DNA of 64,000 nucleotides from an uncultured Coxiellaceae bacterium (GTDB lineage Bacteria; Pseudomonadota; Gammaproteobacteria; UBA9339): NCBI GenBank assembly GCA_964565935.1, contig CAZMGW010000002.1, positions 2,072 to 66,071 of the forward strand, read 5' to 3'. Shown piece by piece: positions 57,758 to 64,000 of this stretch (position 1 is its first letter; each line of letters starts with the position of its first letter). The notes under the pieces were generated by a model. It saw only the letters and a program-made list of their open reading frames with translations, ran no database searches and was not told where the DNA came from. The position numbers and the translations under genes were made by a program.

Positions 57758-60700
57758 TTATTTACTAGCAGCCATATCGGTGTACGCTTTCCAGCGACGA
57801 GTGACGTCTTCCTGCAATTTTTTCAATAACTCCTCTGCGCGGGCAGGGGCTTGAGATACTAAAACCTTAAAGCGTGCCTCATTATAAATATAATCCTGCA
57901 CGGGAACTGTCGGCTCTTTCGAATCTAATTGCAATGGATTTAGGTTTTGCTTAGCACGATCTGGATGGTAGCGATACAGTGGCCAGAAACCGCTGTTAAC
58001 CGCCAGCTTTTGTTGTTCAACCCCATTGCGCAAGTTGTAGCCATGGGCAATACAATGGCTATAAGCAATGACCAACGAAGGACCAGGGTAGCTCTCAGCT
58101 TCGATAATAGCGCGAACTGCTTGGGTTGGATTTGCTCCGATCGCTATTTGCGCTACATAGACACTGCCATAAGTCATGGCCATCATACCCAAATCTTTAC
58201 GTGCCAGTGATTTACCAGCAGCAGCAAATTTAGCTATGGCACCGCGCGGCGTTGACTTTGAGGCTTGACCGCCAGTGTTGGAATACACTTCTGTGTCTAA
58301 AACTAAAATATTAACGTTGCGATCGCTAGCAAGCACATGATCTAACCCACCATAACCGATGTCATATGCCCAGCCGTCTCCACCCATTAACCAAATGCTC
58401 TTTTTAATTAAATGTTCTAATAATATTTGCAAATGTTTAATACGAGGATCTTTGATTTGCGATAGTTTTTCTTTTACCTCAGCAATGCGTTGACGTTGAA
58501 CAAAAACACTTTTCTCATCGCTTTCTTTTGCGCCTTGTATAACTGCATCTACCAATTCAGGACCAATTTGTGTCGCGAATGTTTTAAGCAGCTCTGTTGC
58601 CAACTCTTGTTGTTTATCTTCAGATAATCTAAAACCATAGCCAAATTCAGCATTATCTTCAAATAATGAATTTGACCACGCTGGCCCACGACCGGCACTA
58701 TCACAGGTCCATGGGGTTGTTGGCAGGTTACCACCGTAAATTGAAGAGCAACCAGTAGCATTGGCAACCAACATTCGATCACCAAATAATTGGCTAACTA
58801 ATTTTATATACGGGGTTTCACCACAACCAGCACAGGCTCCGGAAAATTCAAAATATGGTTGAAAAAATTGGATTCCTCTTACATTAGCGCCATCGATTTC
58901 ACGACGATCGTTATGCGGAATGGTTTCAAAAAACTCGATATTTTTACGCTCGTCTTCTAGACGTGGTGCTTTAGGCGTGATCATAATGGCTTTAATATTG
59001 CGATCCGTTTTGTTAACTGCTGGACACACCTCATGACACAGACCACAACCAGTACAATCTTCGACATAAATCTGCAACCTGAATTGATCGTTTTGGAACT
59101 CTTTAGCGTAACATTTGGCGGTTTTAAAAGATGCTGGGGCATTGGCTAATTTTTCAGAAGGGCAGTGCTTGGTTCGAATCACTCCGTGCGGACAGATGAG
59201 ACTGCATTGTCCACATTGAACGCACATATCAGGATTCCACTCCGAGACTAAAGCCGATACGTTGCGTTTTTCCCATTTGGTTGTGCCAGAAGGGTAGGTC
59301 CCATCAGCTGGCAACGCACTTACAGGCAAACTGTCACCTTGATCCGCCATAAGCACAGAGGTAACTTTTTGCACAAATTCTGGAGCTTTAGGGCTAACAA
59401 TTGGGGACAACTCATGCGCTTTTGGTGAAACTTTATCAGGAACCTTTACCTCAAATAAATTAGCCAATGTTTGATCAACTGCCGCAAAATTTTGTTTGAT
59501 TACTTCTTCACCTTTGCGCTTATAAGTTTTAGTAATAGCCTCTTTAATTTTGGTAATTGCGTCTTCTCGGGGTAAAACACCGGAAATCGCAAAGTAACAG
59601 GTTTGCATAATGGTATTAGTTCTGCTACCCATACCAGTTGCTGCGGCAACTTTATCGGCATCAATAACATAAAATTTTAATTTTTTAGCAATCATTTTTT
59701 CGGCAACGATACGGGGCAGGTGATCCCATATTTCATCTGCACCAAATGGACTATTCAACAAGAAGGTGCCGCCGGTAACTGCATTATCCAAAAATGTATT
59801 TGAATTAATAAAACTAAACTGATGGCAGCCAATAAAATCAGCGGCAGTAATCAAATAAGGCGCGCTTATTGGTTCCGGAGAGAAGCGTAGGTGCGATATC
59901 GTTTTTGAACCTGCTTTTTTTGAATCATAAACAAAATAACCTTGCACATATAAGTTGGTTTCTTCACCTATAATTTTTATGGTGTTTTTATTAGCGCCAA
60001 CTGTACCGTCAGAACCCAAACCATAAAAAACTGCGCTTTTTTGCTTGGCATCAATAACGGCAAAATTGGCGTCATATACTAGGCTATTGTTGGTCACGTC
60101 ATCATTTATACCAACGGTGAAGTGGTTTTTAGGGTTGGCATTCTTTAGCTCATCAAATACGGCCTTGGCCATGGTTGGCGTAAATTCTTTTGAAGACAAA
60201 CCATAACGCCCGCCAATGATTTTGGGATAGCCATTTTTAAAAGGTAATTTACCAAGATTAAAGGTTTCGCTCACTGCTGTTAATACATCTTGGTATAAAG
60301 GTTCTCCAGCGGAGCCGGCTTCTTTGGTGCGATCTAAAACCGCAATTGCTTTAACACTAGAGGGTAGAGCTTGAATAAAATGAGTAACTGAAAATGGTCT
60401 ATATAAATAAATTTGTACCACTCCAATTTTTTCACCCTGAGCGATCAAATAATTAACTGTGCTAATAACTGTTTTTGCGCCTGAGCCAATAATTACTACT
60501 ACTCTTTCAGCTGCAGGGTCGCCGTAATATTGCATCAAGTGGTATTGTCTGCCAAGAAGATTTGCAAACTTATCCATATGTTTTTCTACAATAGATGGAA
60601 CTTTTGCATAAAACTGATTTCCTGCCTCACGCCCTTGAAAGTAAACATCTGGATTTTGCGATGTGCCACGCACGCATGGTTGATCAGGATTTAAAGCTCG

Positions 60701-61315
60701 TCCGCGATGAGCAAGCACCAGATCTTCGTCAATCATTTCCCGAATTTGTTCGTCAGTTATTTTTTCAATTTTGTTTATTTCATGACTAGTGCGAAATCCG
60801 TCGAAAAAATGTAGGAATGGTACGCGCGCTTCTAAAGTCGCCGCATGAGAAATTAAAGCCAAATCATGAGCTTCTTGGACGCTGCCAGATGCCAACATCG
60901 CAAACCCGGTGTCACGCGCAGCCATAACATCGCCATGGTCACCAAAAATTGACAAGGCTTGTGTAGCTAACGAACGCGCTGCCACATGGATTACCGTCGC
61001 TGTCAATTCTCCAGCGATTTTGTATATGTTGGGTAACATCAAAAGTAAGCCTTGCGATGCCGTGTAAGTGGTAGCTAAGGCACCTGTTTGTAGGGTTCCG
61101 TGCAGCGCTCCGGATGCACCGCCCTCACTTTGCATTTCGATAACCTGAGGTACAGTGCCCCAAATATTTTTCATGCCTTCTACAGACCACTGATCAGCAA
61201 ATTCACCCATTGGGGTTGATGGCGTAATTGGATAAATTACGCTAATTTCAGTTACGCGATAGGCAATATGAGCCGCTGCTTCATTGCCATCCATTATTTT
61301 TGTTTTTGTACTCAT
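57758..61315 (-). CDS. nifJ: pyruvate:ferredoxin (flavodoxin) oxidoreductase
   Basis: 1185 aa single-chain PFOR. Two 4Fe-4S motifs (CVQCGQCSLICP, CTGCGLCHEVCP) and the TPP-binding motif GGDGWAYDIGYGG. Confidence 0.95.
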   Translation of the reverse strand: MSTKTKIMDGNEAAAHIAYRVTEISVIYPITPSTPMGEFADQWSVEGMKNIWGTVPQVIEMQSEGGASGALHGTLQTGALATTYTASQGLLLMLPNIYKIAGELTATVIHVAARSLATQALSIFGDHGDVMAARDTGFAMLASGSVQEAHDLALISHAATLEARVPFLHFFDGFRTSHEINKIEKITDEQIREMIDEDLVLAHRGRALNPDQPCVRGTSQNPDVYFQGREAGNQFYAKVPSIVEKHMDKFANLLGRQYHLMQYYGDPAAERVVVIIGSGAKTVISTVNYLIAQGEKIGVVQIYLYRPFSVTHFIQALPSSVKAIAVLDRTKEAGSAGEPLYQDVLTAVSETFNLGKLPFKNGYPKIIGGRYGLSSKEFTPTMAKAVFDELKNANPKNHFTVGINDDVTNNSLVYDANFAVIDAKQKSAVFYGLGSDGTVGANKNTIKIIGEETNLYVQGYFVYDSKKAGSKTISHLRFSPEPISAPYLITAADFIGCHQFSFINSNTFLDNAVTGGTFLLNSPFGADEIWDHLPRIVAEKMIAKKLKFYVIDADKVAAATGMGSRTNTIMQTCYFAISGVLPREDAITKIKEAITKTYKRKGEEVIKQNFAAVDQTLANLFEVKVPDKVSPKAHELSPIVSPKAPEFVQKVTSVLMADQGDSLPVSALPADGTYPSGTTKWEKRNVSALVSEWNPDMCVQCGQCSLICPHGVIRTKHCPSEKLANAPASFKTAKCYAKEFQNDQFRLQIYVEDCTGCGLCHEVCPAVNKTDRNIKAIMITPKAPRLEDERKNIEFFETIPHNDRREIDGANVRGIQFFQPYFEFSGACAGCGETPYIKLVSQLFGDRMLVANATGCSSIYGGNLPTTPWTCDSAGRGPAWSNSLFEDNAEFGYGFRLSEDKQQELATELLKTFATQIGPELVDAVIQGAKESDEKSVFVQRQRIAEVKEKLSQIKDPRIKHLQILLEHLIKKSIWLMGGDGWAYDIGYGGLDHVLASDRNVNILVLDTEVYSNTGGQASKSTPRGAIAKFAAAGKSLARKDLGMMAMTYGSVYVAQIAIGANPTQAVRAIIEAESYPGPSLVIAYSHCIAHGYNLRNGVEQQKLAVNSGFWPLYRYHPDRAKQNLNPLQLDSKEPTVPVQDYIYNEARFKVLVSQAPARAEELLKKLQEDVTRRWKAYTDMAASK

Positions 61316-61389
61316 CTACACTACCCCCTGGATTATTATATTATCATAAACAATATATTAAAAATAAGATCTGCAACTTAAGCAAATAG

Positions 61390-63033
61390 TTATTCTCTTG
61401 AATCTTCAAATAATTTATGGTTATCTGAATAGTCAATAGGAACTTCTACTAACACTGGTCCCTCGGTATTTAATGCTTTATTTAAGACCCTAACAATTTC
61501 ATCTGCGTGTTCGATTCTAAAACCCGTAGCTCCAAAACTCTCAGCATACTTTACGATATCCACATAACCAAAATTTACCCCACAAGTGCGCTTATATTTT
61601 ATTAATTGTTGTTGTTTAACCATATCATACGAACCGTCACACCAAACAAAATGCACAAAGTGCATTTTTTCACGCACGGCCGTTTCCAACTCGTTGGCAG
61701 AAAATAAGAACCCACCATCGCCAGAAATGGAGATAATTTGTTTTCCAGATCGTACTAGACTGGCTGCCATTGCCCATGGTAAAGCAACACCTAGTGTTTG
61801 TTGGCCATTACTAAAAAGCAAATGGCGTGGATTAAAGCAAAAAAAATAGCGGGCAATCCACATATAATGCGTTCCAATGTCGCTAACCACAGTAACATCG
61901 TCGTCTATATTGTTGCGTAGGTCATGCAGAAAACGTAAGGGGTGTATTCTGTCGCCAGTAATATTTGCACCGCTAGAGATGATATTTTTTAACTTCTGGT
62001 GCAGCTCGTGCACTAGAGGTATATTGTGCACCAAGTCTCTTTTTTGTAGTAGTGGAATAAGCTCATTTATGTTGGTTGCGATATCTCCGATTACCTCAAT
62101 GGCAGGTGAGTATGAAAGATGAATGTCTGCTGGGTTATAGTCGAAATGAATAATTGTTTTCTTTTGGTTAGCATTCCATATTTCGGGGTCATATTCAACC
62201 GAGTCAAAACCGACTGTAACTACAACATCTGCGGCATCAAGCAATGCGTCGCCTGGTTGGTTTTTAAACAATCCAACACGTCCCATAAAACAATCTAGGA
62301 GTTCACGAGAGACAACACCTGCTGCTTGATAAGTTCCAATAGTTGCCATTTTTTTCTGTTGCAACAGGTTACGTATCGCCGCCGCATTTTCTGCGCGACT
62401 CGCTTCTACCCCTAAAAACAAAACCGGTTGCTTGGCTTTATTTATCAGGTCAGCAACTTGTGCTATAGTTAAATGTTGCGCTGAACCATATACAATTGGG
62501 GCTGCTAATTGATTAAATGTAACTTCAGTTTTTTCTGATAACACATCTTGTGGAACGCTAATAAACACGGCTCCAGCACGTGGCATAGTCGCAATACGAA
62601 AAGCATTTTCAACAATTTCTGGAATATTTTCTGCCAGCATGACTTCTTTTTGCGCTTTAGTGACAGCTTCCATCAGTTTGATATTATCAGCTTGTTGATG
62701 CGATTCTTTTAATTGCATGTTGCGTGCCACATTACCACCGATAGCAACCACCGGATCTCCCTCGGTAGTAGCTGTTAGAAGGCCGGTAGTTAGATTGGAA
62801 ACACCTGGCCCAGAAGTGACCAATACGACTCCGGGTTTGCCGGTAATTCTTCCATATGCCGCAGCCATAAAAGCAGCATTTTGTTCGTGGCGGCACAGTA
62901 TTAATCTTATTGGTGAGTCTAATAGTGCATCAAATACAGCGTCAATCTTTGCCCCTGGGATTCCAAAAATGTACTCTACTTTGTGCTTAACTAAGCACTC
63001 AACCAATAATTGAGCTCCCTTTTTAGTCGTCAT
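61390..63033 (-). CDS. alsS: acetolactate synthase, catabolic type (TPP enzyme)
   Basis: 547 aa. GAQLLVECLVKHKVEYIFGIPGAKIDAVFDAL N-terminus and the TPP motif GDGGFLFSANELETAV. Resembles AlsS/BudB rather than IlvB (no small subunit nearby). Confidence 0.8.
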   Translation of the reverse strand: MTTKKGAQLLVECLVKHKVEYIFGIPGAKIDAVFDALLDSPIRLILCRHEQNAAFMAAAYGRITGKPGVVLVTSGPGVSNLTTGLLTATTEGDPVVAIGGNVARNMQLKESHQQADNIKLMEAVTKAQKEVMLAENIPEIVENAFRIATMPRAGAVFISVPQDVLSEKTEVTFNQLAAPIVYGSAQHLTIAQVADLINKAKQPVLFLGVEASRAENAAAIRNLLQQKKMATIGTYQAAGVVSRELLDCFMGRVGLFKNQPGDALLDAADVVVTVGFDSVEYDPEIWNANQKKTIIHFDYNPADIHLSYSPAIEVIGDIATNINELIPLLQKRDLVHNIPLVHELHQKLKNIISSGANITGDRIHPLRFLHDLRNNIDDDVTVVSDIGTHYMWIARYFFCFNPRHLLFSNGQQTLGVALPWAMAASLVRSGKQIISISGDGGFLFSANELETAVREKMHFVHFVWCDGSYDMVKQQQLIKYKRTCGVNFGYVDIVKYAESFGATGFRIEHADEIVRVLNKALNTEGPVLVEVPIDYSDNHKLFEDSRE

Positions 63034-63045
63034 GGTAGTTTTCTC

Positions 63046-63930
63046 CTATTTCAAATAATCGTCAACACCATCAATAGTAAATACGTCCAAAGACGCTTTA
63101 GTAACTGTCGTTCCATCAACAAGCATATGTAGAACCTGATCTGCCATGGGAGGAGTCACATCAGAAATTTTCGTTACCGATTGTTTTAATGTGATCACAT
63201 GAGCATGGTTAGTTAGTTGCACAGCAGTATCCCCAGGATGGACGGTTCTATACACAACAGCCTCAAGTTGTTTGTTAAGACCACCGTATGTTGCCCGACT
63301 ATAGTCGGTTAGTACTCCTATGATAAAAGCATGTGTGGTTTTTGAAATAACGGGTGGGTTAGGATAATACTCTTTGCTATTAGAAAAAATATTGACTCCA
63401 GTAATCGGTGGTTTACCGATTGCTGTTGCATGAAAATCAGCAAACTCTATTAGTCCAACAAATGTCAGCGGTCGATTAATCGATTTATAAATTGTCTGAT
63501 AAAAATTTATTAGCGGTATCGGTTTCGATTTATTATCGAAAATTACCCTGTAGCTTGGTTGCGCTTTATGCGGAATTAAGAATATGCCACCTGTGACAAA
63601 TTTTGGTCCATGAATAGTTTTATTATAATTTGGCGTATTTTTATCTGTAGAAGTGGCGTAACAAGTGTTATTTACAATTACCGATTCTCCGAGGGAGTAT
63701 TTGTCTTTTGGTGAGGCAAGAAGAAAGCCGTAATCATAGTTATGGGCATCGAACACTTTCCCGTCGAGATTTTTAGGAAGGTTGCCAGCTATTACGTCCA
63801 TAACTGAACCGACATGTCCCACTCTGATTGGACCAACCCCGGTAGGGGTGATTGACAAGTTATTCATACACGCACTCTCCATAGAAATTAATAGCAAGCA
63901 GGCGCAAAATATATATTTTATAGTAGACAT
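63046..63930 (-). CDS. hypothetical protein operonic with alsS (start uncertain)
   Basis: ORF 63046..63984. Candidate starts are 63930 (hydrophobic MSTIKYIFCACLLLIS N-terminus) and 63867 (MNNLSITPTG..., preceded by GGAGAG 7 nt upstream). The gap to alsS is 12 nt. No family recognised with confidence. Confidence 0.5.
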   Translation of the reverse strand: MSTIKYIFCACLLLISMESACMNNLSITPTGVGPIRVGHVGSVMDVIAGNLPKNLDGKVFDAHNYDYGFLLASPKDKYSLGESVIVNNTCYATSTDKNTPNYNKTIHGPKFVTGGIFLIPHKAQPSYRVIFDNKSKPIPLINFYQTIYKSINRPLTFVGLIEFADFHATAIGKPPITGVNIFSNSKEYYPNPPVISKTTHAFIIGVLTDYSRATYGGLNKQLEAVVYRTVHPGDTAVQLTNHAHVITLKQSVTKISDVTPPMADQVLHMLVDGTTVTKASLDVFTIDGVDDYLK

Positions 63931-64000
63931 GGCGGTCTCATGCTGGTTTAACGATCTGTCATAATAATTGCCCCGCATGGACAAGCTTTAAAACACTTGC

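Noticed and set aside
1-64000. Scan for CRISPR arrays, tRNA, rRNA or tmRNA genes, integrases, and classic defence or toxin-antitoxin gene pairs
   Set aside because: No spaced direct-repeat arrays and no tRNA-like cloverleaf candidates appear in any intergenic spacer. No integrase or recombinase is present other than the RayT pseudogene. No unexplained multi-gene cluster remains once the CDS are assigned.

Overview
Dense, mostly housekeeping chromosomal window from an AT-rich gammaproteobacterium. The gene content resembles Legionellales, but that is an inference from content, not a search result. I support about 60 CDS. They include asnS, hda and ihfB, a rearranged arn (L-Ara4N lipid A modification) cluster fused to dnaX-recR, and bioA/bioBFHCD. 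They also include pit plus a PhoU-like gene, a lemA-M48 peptidase module, tsaB, a sugar porter, upp, murI, valS, holC and galU. Further along are pilVWX-comEC, msbA-lpxK, plsY, orn, csp, relA and yajQ, then sufDSUT, pncC, a secreted GH3 hydrolase, and wrbA-nifJ(PFOR)-alsS. I found no rRNA, tRNA or CRISPR array. The non-routine content is as follows. (1) Three host-interaction-type genes sit among core genes within about 7.5 kb: a secreted chagasin-family cysteine-protease inhibitor, a PPPDE/DeSI-like permuted-papain protein just downstream of valS, and a WipA/WipB-like PPP metallophosphatase wedged on the opposite strand between holC and valS. (2) A roughly 130-145 bp long-hairpin MITE-like repeat is present in three same-orientation intergenic copies. 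(3) A REPtron is present: a frameshifted RayT/IS200-like HuH transposase flanked by REP hairpins. It is followed by GC-rich hairpins that run into the 5' end of pilV. (4) The arn cluster has only the decarboxylase half of ArnA. (5) A G9 homopolymer lies inside the GH3 gene. (6) The suf operon has no sufBC. (7) An AT-rich CI/Cro-like remnant carries an S24 repressor whose catalytic Lys appears replaced by Arg. I see no clear multi-gene novel system such as a defence island. The effector-like genes and the repeat family are the best leads. All homology statements come from motif recognition by eye and need database or structure searches.
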